Source: Clostridia bacterium | GTDB taxonomy: Bacteria; Bacillota; Clostridia; Christensenellales; UBA1242 | Reading direction: 5' to 3' | NCBI GenBank assembly: GCA_045638465.1 | Contig: JAZUBK010000003.1 | Span: forward strand, 22,455-86,454 | DNA: 64,000 nt | Position numbers and translations under genes: made by a program | Part shown: positions 8,075 through 18,615 of the stretch, piece after piece | Position numbering within the stretch: the stretch's first letter is position 1 | How the letters are laid out: the number at the start of each line of letters is the position of its first letter | The notes under the pieces: model-generated | What the model was told of the DNA's origin: nothing | Databases searched by the model: none | The model's input: only the letters and a program-made list of their open reading frames with translations

Positions 8075-11000
8075 TTATCTTACCTTCATCTTTGTTCTCA
8101 TCTTGATGAATAGGATTACCAATACAACAACAGTAACAGATGCAATAACTATAATGATTATAGATAAAGCATTCAAAGGTTCAGCTCTATTAATTCTAAA
8201 GCTTGTTACTATGTTTCCACTATCAGTTACAAGTTGGAAATAATAAGAGTTTGTTTCTTTGATTTGGAATTGTGTTGCTTCAGTTATAGCAAGTTTTGAT
8301 TCATCAATAATGTATTCATCTACAAGATTGAATCTGTTTGTGTCAGCATTATAAGTAAATACTTTTATACTGCTCTTACCAATTTGTTGATAAATGTGAG
8401 AAGGGTTAAATGTAAGAGTAATAGTTCCCTTTGTTGTTTCGCCATAAGCTGGGTCTGACATAATTACTGGGATAACATCACTAATCTTAAATCCAAAAGT
8501 AAATTCTTTAGCAGCAAGTAATACATTGTATTTTACTGCGATAGTAATAATGTAATCACCATTGCCAAATTTCTCAGGAGAAGCGAAGAACTCGTTTAAC
8601 TTGTATTCTTCAGGGGTAATGTCCAAACCTTGTTCTGCGATATAGAATTGTTTTACTCTGGTTGTGATATCTTTGTTGTCTTTATAAACTCTAGTTACTT
8701 CATATCCTAGCATTTCGTTAAACTCATATGCAAGTCTTGCAGAAGTTTTGTCTAAGATTGTGAAGTTATAGTGAGCGCTATTTAGAGGTGTAGTATCTTG
8801 ATAAGTTGCATCAAGAGTTACGATATATCTACCAGACTCTGTAAATGTATATTTAGTATTGTCTGTGATGATATAGTTTTCGTAGTAGCTACCATTTCTC
8901 ATTACAGTAACGCTTAATGAGTTGATACTATAATCTGAAGAGTATGAAGTATCGATAGATAGTGTAATAGCACTATTGTATACTGCATAATCTAGAGGAG
9001 TAGAGTTATTTACAGTAAAGATAACTTTATCTAAGATTGTTACAGTGTAGTATGCTTGACTTGTATTAGATGCAGTTTTGAAGAATGATACGTTACCTGC
9101 AAGGTCTACAAATGTAAGCATATGTTTACCAGAACCGCTAACTGTGATTTTTGATAAACCGCAAGTTGCAGAAACTGTAGAAGAGTAACCAATCTCTCCA
9201 TAGTTTCTAACAGAAGTAACGTTGTTAAATGTATAGTTTAGATATACTAGGTTTCCTCTGTTGTACCATGCTTCGTTATCGTTTGAAACTGTATTCCAGT
9301 AGATATGTACGCTATCGTTGTCAAGTTCGTTATTTTTGATTGTTGAAGATACACCAGTTAATTCTTTTGATACTTCAGAAGTAGTAGTGTAAATGTAATA
9401 TAGCTTGTTAGCAACGATATTTGTAGCAGATCTAGGAACTCTAGTTACTGCGATAAGGTTGGCATAGATTGGGTTGTTGTCACCATAGATTAGGTAGAAT
9501 GTTGTTAAATATTTATCTTTAGTTACAGTAGATGTATCAGCAACATATGTACCATCTCTAAAGTAGATAGGAATATAATACAAATCGCTTGAAGCGTCTA
9601 GTCTTAAGTCGCAATCATTTAGTGAGAAGTATTGATCTACGTTAGTAGGACAAGCGTTTAGTTTGTTAATAAGCAAGTTCTTATGGTCAGGGTCTAGCTC
9701 ATAAGTTGTTTCAATATGTTTTTGAATTTGACTCTTTACTGATACAGTGTGTGTTGTATCTAGGCTTCCTAGTATATCCAAAGTTTTTGGAGATACAGAA
9801 ATTGCAGCGCCTGATGTAGAATCAACAACTGTATAGAAAGGAATTTCGCCATCTTGAATAGCAAAGTAAACTGTTCTGTAGTTGCCAAAAGCAGTGTTGC
9901 AAAGCTCTACAGCATAATAACCAGGAGTGCTGATTATTCTGTTGTTTGTAATCTCAATACTAGAAATTACAGAACCGCTTTCAGTCAAAGAATTTAGAAC
10001 AACTACTGGTCTGTATAGAGAAGTGTGTGGAGCATCTGTTAAACCTTCCCAGTTAATTTTTACTGAAGAAGAAGTTAGAGCCATACTTCCGCTTGTTGTA
10101 GAACCAGCAATAGCATTTCCGTTAGCATCAAATAGGTTGATTGCTGCAAGTTTGTTATAAATAACAAATTTGTATTCGTTGATAGGGCTTCTATCAGCAC
10201 CAGCATCATTATAGTTGCTATAATAGAATGTTACGTTATACTTTTTGATTCCGCCGATATCTTCGTTGCTTACACCATCATCAATTGTTGGCTCTTTGAT
10301 CAAAATTACTCTAAAGCCATTGTCTGTAGTTGGGTCTTCAACTGCTTTGATATAAATATCTGGGTTAACTCTGTAGTAGTTTTCGCCGTTAATCAAAACA
10401 TAGTCGTTAGGGTTGATGTTATTATACTTATCTGCAAAGATCATTGTGTCTGAGCCTTCTGTACCATTTGTGGTATTTTTAACTGCAACACCATGAGCTT
10501 TTGATTGGAATGTAATATAGATGTCGCCACCTGCATATGTTATGCCGTCGCCACCGTCTACTGCTGTTCCTGTAGCATATCTAAATTGATCACTAGCAGC
10601 AACATAATCGATTCCAAGGTTTAGTTGGTAAGTATAAGAACTGTTTGTATTGTCTGTGTATTTGATAATATATAGACCAGCTTTTAGATTGTCTTTTTGG
10701 CCAGGGATATTATCTACGCCAATAGCGTTTACAACATATTCTTTGGTTGGATTGTATTGAACAGATAGAGCAACCAAATATATTACGCTAGTAGCAGTCT
10801 TCTTAGGGAAGATCATATAGAATGTGCCATCTTCGTTTTTCAAAACATCAGGAATAGGAAGTTTAGAGTTTGTTTTAACTATATTGAAGTGTTTTGTAGA
10901 AACTCCAGCTGCAGATGTCAAAGTAAATGTAATCTTGCAGTTTGTTGTAGATAGCAAGTAATTTGAAATCTCATTACACATATTGTAAATAGTTGCAGTT

Positions 11001-14000
11001 CCTAGATATGGTGTCAATGTGTAGTTTAGAGGAGTTCTAGAAGTATCAGTAACGTTCTTGATATTTAGTTTTGCCCAACCAGTAGCAGATTTTACACCCT
11101 TCATTAAGATGTCAGATGTAGTGGTTGTTTCTGGGTTTGTTGTATCTAGTGCACCGCCACCGCTAGTTGCGTCTAGGCTCAAGATATTATGTAGAGTATT
11201 TGGTTTGAAATAAACTGTAAATATTCTGTAGTTTCCAGCAAGGTCTTTTTCGATGATTTCGTAATAGTTGTTTGCTAGAGAATTAACATCTGTTGCACTA
11301 GCACTTGCGATAATGTTTGCAAGTGGTGTTTCGATAGCATAATTTGCTAGGTAGTAATCAGCATTGCTTTCTGTGATATCAAATCTTGGGAAGTTGCTGA
11401 AGTTGTTTAGATTTGTATAATCTGGGTGGTCTGGTGAGATGCTTTGGTTTTCTGTATCAAATTTAGCATATTGTCTAAAGTAGAATCTAGAAATAGTATC
11501 TTCACCATCATAGATTAGTTTAAATGTTTGAGCATCTACTGCAAATGCATAGTCATAAATTGTAGGAATTGGATTTGTTCCGCCGTATACTGCTTTTTCT
11601 TCTTTGAAGTTTTCTTTCAAATCTGCGATGTCATCATAGTATTTGTTGGCAACTAGGTAAGTATCTTTTTCTAGCAGATTGTCAATGTTAAGCATTGGCT
11701 TTGTACGGTCAATTTTTAATCTATAACTTGTGCTTACATATTGTCCATAACCATGGTTTAGTTCAGAAGAAACTGCATATCTTATTTCGATATTAAAGTC
11801 AAACTCTTCGTCAATGTTTAGTTGAACGTAGAATTTGTATTGGTTATAGATTTTGTTTTCAAATGTATCAGAAGAAAGTTTTACAACAATTATGTTTCTG
11901 ATGTATTTGTATTCTGAATAGTCAAAGAAGTCTGTTCCAGAAATGATATTTTCTAAGTTATAATCACCAACCAAGAATGTATCTTTTCCTTCAAGACCTG
12001 CAGCAGTGATGTTTAGTTCTACAACACTTGCTGTGTATGGGTCTGGAGCATCTTGCCATACGAATTCAACTTTCTTGTCTTTTTTAGCATTGGTTGCAAA
12101 TGTCTTATCATTAGTTTCGCTTGGTTCTAATAATTCGTCTTGCAAGTAAACTTCACCGCTAGGGTAGGTGTGTCTTACAATAAATGAACAAGTGTAAATC
12201 ATAGGATTTACGTTACGAGAAGTACCAGCATTATAACCAGATCTGTCGGAAATAGTAATAGTGTAAGTTCCTTCTGCTGTAAATGTAGGAATTATAAAGT
12301 AACCTTCTAATGTAGCATCGGTGATATTGTGAGTAATAGTTGGAGCATATTGAGATGTAGTATCTTTGTATTTAATTACTACGTCTAAGTTGTTGTAGTA
12401 CAATCTGCTCATTACGTTAGTATTTGCAGATCCGTTATCAATAAAGTATTTGTATACTGGAATATTGATTTGAATAGGAAGTTTGTTTGTAGTAAGGATA
12501 GGACTTCCTGCAGATACATTTCTAAAGAAGTTTTTGAAAGTATATTCGTTAGAAGTGCCTTTACCAATAGTGATAGAGATATGTTCACCAACCTCTCTCA
12601 AACCATTTTGAGTTGTGGTAGAAATGATACCATTATGGTCAACATAAATTGTGTAGTTTCTAGTAAATGTATCTTGGCCGAAGTCAACAAGTTGTCCGTT
12701 GATATCATATTCGCCATAATCAGATGCTACAGGAACACCATTAATTAATTGATATCCGCCACCATAGTAATATCTAGTAAGCACATATTTACCAGGAGCA
12801 GTCTTACCATTGTCTAGGTTGATATTGCTTATTGTATACAAGAAGTCTTCGTCTTGGTCATACTCTGGCAAAATCAGATCTGCTGATTTTTCTGGATTGA
12901 TAGCAAATGGATATGATGATGTTTGAGAAACATAATCAAATGGATAGTATTTGTATTCAATTCTTACAACTTCTGTTTTTTCAGAACCTGATTTGAATTT
13001 AAATGAAAGTTTGTATAAGTTTGAACCATTGTTTGTTGCTACGTATCTTTCTGTAGTGTCTCCAGTGTAGTCACCAGACATATAGAATTGACCTGCAGCG
13101 CCGTCAAAGTTCATTGAGATGTACATAAATACTTCTGTGCCGTTAGCAGCTTTAGAAGTAAATTCATAATAACCTTCACCAGCGAATACACCGCCGCCAG
13201 ATGTTGTAAGTTCGATTACAGCAAAATCATCTGGAGAGTATAGGTTTGCAGATGAAGAAAAGTCTTTCATATAATGTACTGTGTTAATAGGTACATTAAT
13301 GAAATAATGAGTTGGTGCTACTTCTGGGAAGCCTTTTAGTAAAGTTGTTCCAGCAAGTTTTGTGTTGAAGATTTCGTTTTCTTCAGTGTTTAGATAGTTG
13401 TATACTAAGCCCTTGTTCTTACCAAAAGTAAGTCTAGTGTTAGTTCTAACATAGTTTGCAGGGTTTGCAACCATATCGTAGCTATTTAGCCATTGTGGGT
13501 TGCCATCACCTTGGTCTATCAAAGATTGTTGCATAAACACAGGTGTTGTATCATCAATAAGAATCATTCTTTCAAACCAGTTACCAGCAAGGTCTTCTAC
13601 ATAGAAGAAGTAAATACCATTTGCAGATTGATATTGTTGGCTTGTAAGAGGTTTTAAATCGTCTGGTCTTATGCTACGCCAACTATTTGCATAGTTCAAA
13701 GGAGCAGCGGTGTCAGTACCATAACCATTTGTTAATGTCTTGTCATATTCTTCAAAATATTCTGGATCTTCGTTTGTCTCATCAATAGGTAGGAAATATG
13801 CAGTAACATTTGTAGTTGTGATTCCGTCTACAGTATAAGCAGCCCATGGTTTTTCTTTCCATGATAGAGTAAATGGGCTATTTGTTAGTGCAAGGTCGTA
13901 TACACCTTCGCTAATTGTTGGTTGAGCAATAGTAGTTGGTTGAGCTATATAGTAACTACCATCTTCTTCGTAAGATACTTTGTTAAAAATAATATCTTGG

Positions 14001-15958
14001 ATATCAGAGGTATCTACAATGTATTCGTAGTATTGATTTAGTTTACTTGGGCTATATGTAACAGTAATTACATATCTACCATTAAATGATTTTGGAATAG
14101 AGTATTTGCTACCTTCCATTGTGTAAGAGTAGTAATCATCATCTATCTTAGTTGAAACATATGTTCCGTTGCCAGTAACGACTGTGTTGAAACTAGCATA
14201 TCTTGTGTATTTTACAGTAATTGGAGCATTAAATGAGTTTACATCGTTAAGAATTTTAAATCTTACGTTTTTGTTTGTAAACTTAGATGTTAACAAATCA
14301 AAAGTTGTTCCTTCATCAGTTGTGTCATATTCTACAACCAAAGCAGGAGCTGCAGTCCTTATTTCAAAGAAGAACATTTGAATACCTCTGATTGTGTTAC
14401 CATAAGAGGTTTCTACTGAGTAACAAGCTTTTACAAGATAAATACCTTGCATATCAAACTTAGATGTTTCGTGGAAAGTAGTGTCTAGTTTATTACTAGC
14501 AAGTAGTTGATCGTAGGTTAGAGAAGTCATAGTTGCTAGAGCTTCTGTTGCTTCAGTTATTGTTGAGTATATTTTGTAACCGCTATTTGAAGTATCAAAA
14601 GCAGTTGCATAATAATTAAATTTAATTGGTGCTTGGTCAGTTACAGGTATGCTATCTGGCAAACTAAAAGCAGCCGTAGTTGATTTTTCGTTAATTGCCA
14701 AGATATCTGCATAAGTGTACGCATTTCTCAAAGGTTTGTATTTGTTAGATGCTTGATCTTTGTATGTGATTTGGTAACCGAAGTTTGTAAGGAATTTTAC
14801 TTCGCTGTTTTCAAGGTCAGGAATTTCGGCTACTTCGTATGTTACAGTAAAAGCATTTGGAGTAGGGATAAGAATATCAACGTAGAATTTATATTCGCCA
14901 AGGTCTGCCAAATCAATTTCTGCATAGTATGGACAAACTGTTGTAACGATGTCAGGTTCTACACCTGAGGTAAATGTTCTTTTGTATGTGTCGTAATATT
15001 TTATGTCAGATGATCCTATCTTTGTGATAGCGACTCTACCAGTAACATTTGTTTCTTCAAAGTTAGGGTCTAAGATTTCGCTTTCTAGATAGTTTGGAGT
15101 GAAGTTTGAATATTTGTGTTCGTAACTAGAACTTCCGATTGTGTGTAGATAGTTTAGAGCAAACTTATTTGCTTCGTATCCTACAACTGGGAATTGGATA
15201 TTTCCGTCAGCGTCGTAGCTGTTGTAGTTGAAGAAATATGTTTCGTGATCAACACCTTTGATCTCTGTAGTTCCGTTGTATTCTGCACCTGTGATAGAGT
15301 AGGCAGTAGTTGTTGTCAAATAATCTTCTTTATCAATAAGGTTAAATGACATTGATAGTGTGAACTCTTCGTCAGATGTAACGCCGTCAGAACCTGGAGT
15401 TTGGAATCTGTATGTAAATTCAAATTGATACAAACCAGATCTATCTTGAGGGTCGATTGCTGATAGGTCATCTGCCCAAGTCATAACTGTTGTCTCACGG
15501 AAGCTAATAGCATAGTTAACGTAACCGTTGGTTGGATCACCAGAAGCTTTAGGTACGTTAATTGGTTTTCCGTTAAGATAACCGATTACGTTTAGACTGG
15601 CTGCAGGAACTCTATTAGAAGTCTTATCACTATCTGGCAATATCTCATTAAACTTTACATAGACTGTAGTGTTATAAAGTGCACTGTCGTCGATAGAGTT
15701 GCTTGTTAGCATGATATACTCGCCGTTATAGTCATAGTTTCTATATAGATAGTTCGGACCGTCCTTTTTCTGAGTAATCAACGCATAAGGAATACTCTGA
15801 GCGGTGAAGTCTCTTACATAACTAGTATCTTCTTCGGTTGCCGCATAAGATGTGTTTTCTTCTAACTTAAAACCAGGCAACAAAAAAGTAATGCCCAAAG
15901 TTAAAAGCATTGCAATACTAAGTAAGATGGAATTAAATGTTAATCTTAATTTTTTCAT
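8075..15958 (-). CDS. Giant (2627 aa) cell-surface protein with N-terminal signal/TM segment and C-terminal TM anchor; adhesin-like
   Basis: ATG at 15958 with a GGAGAG RBS. N-terminal hydrophobic segment (ILLSIAMLLTLGITFLL). Y/T/N-rich beta-type composition. Ig/HYR-like signatures D.AGN followed by DDTTP or DRTKP (VEDLAGNWF..LIDDTTPVF, EKDLAGNYRIF, FVDLAGNVSF). C-terminus SIIIIVIASVTVVVLVILFIKMRTKMKVR. No LPXTG. Confidence 0.85.
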   Translation of the reverse strand: MKKLRLTFNSILLSIAMLLTLGITFLLPGFKLEENTSYAATEEDTSYVRDFTAQSIPYALITQKKDGPNYLYRNYDYNGEYIMLTSNSIDDSALYNTTVYVKFNEILPDSDKTSNRVPAASLNVIGYLNGKPINVPKASGDPTNGYVNYAISFRETTVMTWADDLSAIDPQDRSGLYQFEFTYRFQTPGSDGVTSDEEFTLSMSFNLIDKEDYLTTTTAYSITGAEYNGTTEIKGVDHETYFFNYNSYDADGNIQFPVVGYEANKFALNYLHTIGSSSYEHKYSNFTPNYLESEILDPNFEETNVTGRVAITKIGSSDIKYYDTYKRTFTSGVEPDIVTTVCPYYAEIDLADLGEYKFYVDILIPTPNAFTVTYEVAEIPDLENSEVKFLTNFGYQITYKDQASNKYKPLRNAYTYADILAINEKSTTAAFSLPDSIPVTDQAPIKFNYYATAFDTSNSGYKIYSTITEATEALATMTSLTYDQLLASNKLDTTFHETSKFDMQGIYLVKACYSVETSYGNTIRGIQMFFFEIRTAAPALVVEYDTTDEGTTFDLLTSKFTNKNVRFKILNDVNSFNAPITVKYTRYASFNTVVTGNGTYVSTKIDDDYYSYTMEGSKYSIPKSFNGRYVITVTYSPSKLNQYYEYIVDTSDIQDIIFNKVSYEEDGSYYIAQPTTIAQPTISEGVYDLALTNSPFTLSWKEKPWAAYTVDGITTTNVTAYFLPIDETNEDPEYFEEYDKTLTNGYGTDTAAPLNYANSWRSIRPDDLKPLTSQQYQSANGIYFFYVEDLAGNWFERMILIDDTTPVFMQQSLIDQGDGNPQWLNSYDMVANPANYVRTNTRLTFGKNKGLVYNYLNTEENEIFNTKLAGTTLLKGFPEVAPTHYFINVPINTVHYMKDFSSSANLYSPDDFAVIELTTSGGGVFAGEGYYEFTSKAANGTEVFMYISMNFDGAAGQFYMSGDYTGDTTERYVATNNGSNLYKLSFKFKSGSEKTEVVRIEYKYYPFDYVSQTSSYPFAINPEKSADLILPEYDQDEDFLYTISNINLDNGKTAPGKYVLTRYYYGGGYQLINGVPVASDYGEYDINGQLVDFGQDTFTRNYTIYVDHNGIISTTTQNGLREVGEHISITIGKGTSNEYTFKNFFRNVSAGSPILTTNKLPIQINIPVYKYFIDNGSANTNVMSRLYYNNLDVVIKYKDTTSQYAPTITHNITDATLEGYFIIPTFTAEGTYTITISDRSGYNAGTSRNVNPMIYTCSFIVRHTYPSGEVYLQDELLEPSETNDKTFATNAKKDKKVEFVWQDAPDPYTASVVELNITAAGLEGKDTFLVGDYNLENIISGTDFFDYSEYKYIRNIIVVKLSSDTFENKIYNQYKFYVQLNIDEEFDFNIEIRYAVSSELNHGYGQYVSTSYRLKIDRTKPMLNIDNLLEKDTYLVANKYYDDIADLKENFKEEKAVYGGTNPIPTIYDYAFAVDAQTFKLIYDGEDTISRFYFRQYAKFDTENQSISPDHPDYTNLNNFSNFPRFDITESNADYYLANYAIETPLANIIASASATDVNSLANNYYEIIEKDLAGNYRIFTVYFKPNTLHNILSLDATSGGGALDTTNPETTTTSDILMKGVKSATGWAKLNIKNVTDTSRTPLNYTLTPYLGTATIYNMCNEISNYLLSTTNCKITFTLTSAAGVSTKHFNIVKTNSKLPIPDVLKNEDGTFYMIFPKKTATSVIYLVALSVQYNPTKEYVVNAIGVDNIPGQKDNLKAGLYIIKYTDNTNSSYTYQLNLGIDYVAASDQFRYATGTAVDGGDGITYAGGDIYITFQSKAHGVAVKNTTNGTEGSDTMIFADKYNNINPNDYVLINGENYYRVNPDIYIKAVEDPTTDNGFRVILIKEPTIDDGVSNEDIGGIKKYNVTFYYSNYNDAGADRSPINEYKFVIYNKLAAINLFDANGNAIAGSTTSGSMALTSSSVKINWEGLTDAPHTSLYRPVVVLNSLTESGSVISSIEITNNRIISTPGYYAVELCNTAFGNYRTVYFAIQDGEIPFYTVVDSTSGAAISVSPKTLDILGSLDTTHTVSVKSQIQKHIETTYELDPDHKNLLINKLNACPTNVDQYFSLNDCDLRLDASSDLYYIPIYFRDGTYVADTSTVTKDKYLTTFYLIYGDNNPIYANLIAVTRVPRSATNIVANKLYYIYTTTSEVSKELTGVSSTIKNNELDNDSVHIYWNTVSNDNEAWYNRGNLVYLNYTFNNVTSVRNYGEIGYSSTVSATCGLSKITVSGSGKHMLTFVDLAGNVSFFKTASNTSQAYYTVTILDKVIFTVNNSTPLDYAVYNSAITLSIDTSYSSDYSINSLSVTVMRNGSYYENYIITDNTKYTFTESGRYIVTLDATYQDTTPLNSAHYNFTILDKTSARLAYEFNEMLGYEVTRVYKDNKDITTRVKQFYIAEQGLDITPEEYKLNEFFASPEKFGNGDYIITIAVKYNVLLAAKEFTFGFKISDVIPVIMSDPAYGETTKGTITLTFNPSHIYQQIGKSSIKVFTYNADTNRFNLVDEYIIDESKLAITEATQFQIKETNSYYFQLVTDSGNIVTSFRINRAEPLNALSIIIIVIASVTVVVLVILFIKMRTKMKVR

Positions 15959-16265
15959 AATCAACTCTCCATAAAATATTTAGTAGTCATTATAGGCTAT
16001 AATATATACTATATTTTAACATAATATATATTATATAACAAATTATTTTAATTGATTTTTTAACAAAATTTCATTTAATTTTTTATTTTACAGGGTAAAT
16101 AATTTTGCAGAAGTAAGAGGCATAGGAATAGTAAAAAAACATTTCCTTTGATGCAATAATTTGTGATAAAAAACAAAGGATATAAAAAAACAAATAATAA
16201 AAAAGGCGTAGATTGTCTCAGCCTTTTTCTGTATGTTTGTTTTTGAATATGTCAATATGAGCATA

Positions 16266-16300
16266 CAAAAAAAAGAACTAACAAATATGTTAGCTCTTTT
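16266..16300 (-). terminator. Rho-independent terminator after the virD4-like gene
   Basis: On the minus strand: stem agagctaac/gttagttct (one mismatch) with a 6-nt loop, followed by a T8 run. It separates the coupling-ATPase gene from the giant gene downstream. Confidence 0.6.
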
Positions 16301-16308
16301 TAGGTTTA

Positions 16309-18345
16309 TTAAATATCATCATCGATACTAAAAGTTGTTTTTGGTTTCAAAACTTTTGCATTTCTTTCTACGATGCTATAACTTACTTCTGCTTGGTTTA
16401 GAGATTTGCTAGGTACATAATCTTCTTGAATCTTTGTCATGTCAAACATTGGTGTTGCCCAAGCATAAGTTGATTTACATCTGATAGGATATTCCTTCAA
16501 AATTTTAACAATGATTTCGCCTGTAGGACCAGCTTGTAGGTGGCCAAGTTCGTCTGGATAGATAAGTGGACGAGATACTACAGAAGTGCTTGTACCTTTG
16601 CTCTTTTCATCATCTTTACCTTTGTTTTCAGTTGTAGATGTTGTTTCGATAGTTACCTCACCGCAAAGCTTACTAAAGTCTTCGCAAGTTCTTGCGTCGT
16701 CAGTACCGATAAACATTTTGATAGGGCAGTTACCAATAATGGTAGATGCTACGTCGTCGCCATATTTTGCATTTAGCTGACTAAATGATTGGATAACCAA
16801 AGCAAAGAAGATATTTCTACTACGAGATACGGTAATCATACTGTCGATTTTTTCAATCTTAGGTAGGTTGGCGAACTCATCTAGCAAAAAGTATACAGCT
16901 CTTGGAAGTTTCAAACCTTGGAAGTTGTTTGCAAGGTCAACTAGTTTTTGGTATAGCTGAGCAATACACATTGTAGCAATACCGTGTCTAGCTTCTTTTT
17001 CATCTGGGATAATTATGAATAGGGCAGTTGGTCTTTCTGCAAAACCATCAAAGTTCATTTCGTTAAGGCTAGTTGCATAACACATACCAGTATCGTTAAA
17101 CAAACCAAGTTTTGCACTAACAATACCCATATAAGATTTTGTAGTAGTAGGAGCGTTGTTGATTGCAGTACTGATAAGTTGTGGAACTTTACTAAACTCA
17201 TCTCTACCTTGGAAATATTGTCTCAAAGTTTTGTATGGGTTGTCTGGGTCTGGGTCTTTGTAGTTACAAATACGAGAAAGGTTATAGAAGTTGTATCTTT
17301 CTCTAGTCATGCCAAGTTCTGGTTTTAAACTATCTTCTAGCATAGCAAGAAGTGTACCATAAATAAATTCTTGAGCACCTCTATCCCAACTTGCGTCTTG
17401 TTTGTTTTCGATAGGGCAGATAATACCAGCAATTTCTCTCAAAGAGTTTTCGGCTTGGTCAACAAGCTCTGCTTTTTTAGAGTTAAGTTCAGATTCTAGT
17501 ACATCTTTGTTAGGATATGCGACACCATCGTATTCATACCATTCGTTGTTATATTCTTTAGAAATAATTTTTAGTTTTAGATCTGCAGGGTTTACGTTAA
17601 CGTGAGTTTTTACTTCATCATGCATATGATGAGCCTTTTGGTATAGCATATATGCGTTATCAAGAGGGTTCCATCTAGTAGATGCGTAAGGCGCTCTTAG
17701 GTTAAATACTTTTACGTCATAACCTTCTTTTAGTAGTTTTCTGCAGTTTTTCTCATAAAGCTCACCTTTAGGGTCGGTAACAACAAAGCAAGGTTTTGTC
17801 TTAGTTCCTGACAAAACTTGAATTTGAGGGATAATAAATCTCTCTGTTTTACCAGTACCAGTTGTACCAATGATCATAGCATGTATAGGACCATACATGT
17901 TGATGTTTAGGTTGCTTTTGCCAACAAGTTCACTTCTGATAAGCATACCGTCTCTTTGAGTTCTCAAAGTGTTCCAGTTGCAATACAAAAACTTCTTTTC
18001 AGTTTTTAGCTCTTTTTCTGTAACCCAACGGCTATCGAAGTATTGGTCAATGTCTTTACCTTCTTTAGTCTTGGCAGAAGTACCAGACTTGCTTTTTCCA
18101 GAAAGGTCGCTCTTTTCTAGTTTTGTGAAGAAGTACAAAACGTATAGCAAGAATAGTACGCCGAATACTAATATAAAAGTACTCTTAAATGATTCTGTCA
18201 TAAATGAACCACTAGACAAACTATCTGGTATGGTGTGTAAACCTGCATCCATATGTGTATAGATTAGGGCGGCTACAAAGCCTACAACAGCCATCAGAAC
18301 TATAAGTCCAATGAATTTTAAAAATTTTTTAAATCCGTCGCTCAT
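16309..18345 (-). CDS. Type IV coupling protein (VirD4/TraG family ATPase)
   Basis: Two N-terminal TM helices. Walker A IIGTTGTGKTERFIIP, VVTDPKGELYEKN, Walker B YFLLDEFANLPKI and VIQSFSQLNAKYG, the typical T4SS-DNA_transf motif series. GGGAGA RBS. Confidence 0.9.
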   Translation of the reverse strand: MSDGFKKFLKFIGLIVLMAVVGFVAALIYTHMDAGLHTIPDSLSSGSFMTESFKSTFILVFGVLFLLYVLYFFTKLEKSDLSGKSKSGTSAKTKEGKDIDQYFDSRWVTEKELKTEKKFLYCNWNTLRTQRDGMLIRSELVGKSNLNINMYGPIHAMIIGTTGTGKTERFIIPQIQVLSGTKTKPCFVVTDPKGELYEKNCRKLLKEGYDVKVFNLRAPYASTRWNPLDNAYMLYQKAHHMHDEVKTHVNVNPADLKLKIISKEYNNEWYEYDGVAYPNKDVLESELNSKKAELVDQAENSLREIAGIICPIENKQDASWDRGAQEFIYGTLLAMLEDSLKPELGMTRERYNFYNLSRICNYKDPDPDNPYKTLRQYFQGRDEFSKVPQLISTAINNAPTTTKSYMGIVSAKLGLFNDTGMCYATSLNEMNFDGFAERPTALFIIIPDEKEARHGIATMCIAQLYQKLVDLANNFQGLKLPRAVYFLLDEFANLPKIEKIDSMITVSRSRNIFFALVIQSFSQLNAKYGDDVASTIIGNCPIKMFIGTDDARTCEDFSKLCGEVTIETTSTTENKGKDDEKSKGTSTSVVSRPLIYPDELGHLQAGPTGEIIVKILKEYPIRCKSTYAWATPMFDMTKIQEDYVPSKSLNQAEVSYSIVERNAKVLKPKTTFSIDDDI

Positions 18346-18389
18346 AAAAATCTCCCTTTATTTTAGGTTAAAAAATATCTACATAGTTT

Positions 18390-18418
18390 ATTATAAATAT
18401 ATAATCGCAATTTGACAA
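18390..18418 (-). promoter_or_regulatory. Sigma-A-type promoter for the virD4-like gene
   Basis: On the minus strand: TTGTCA, a 17-nt spacer, then TATAAT. It lies about 45 nt upstream of the ATG at 18345. Confidence 0.5.
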
Positions 18419-18549
18419 CTAAAGAAAGCCATTTTATTTTTATTTTTTACTAAAAATTAGTAGATTTATCCAAAAATATCAGTTATAATGAAAGGGCAAG
18501 TAGTATAAATACAGCAAAAAAACTTTTTTATAAAATATGCAAAAATTTG

Positions 18550-18578
18550 TTGCTAATAGGTGTTTTATGTGTTATAAT
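18550..18578 (+). promoter_or_regulatory. Extended -10 promoter for the VirB2-like gene
   Basis: TTGCTA, a 17-nt spacer, then TGtTATAAT. It lies 38 nt upstream of the ATG at 18616, which has a GGAGGG RBS. Confidence 0.5.
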
Positions 18579-18615
18579 GCTTGTAACAAAATAAATAAGT
18601 GGAGGGTAAAGTTAT

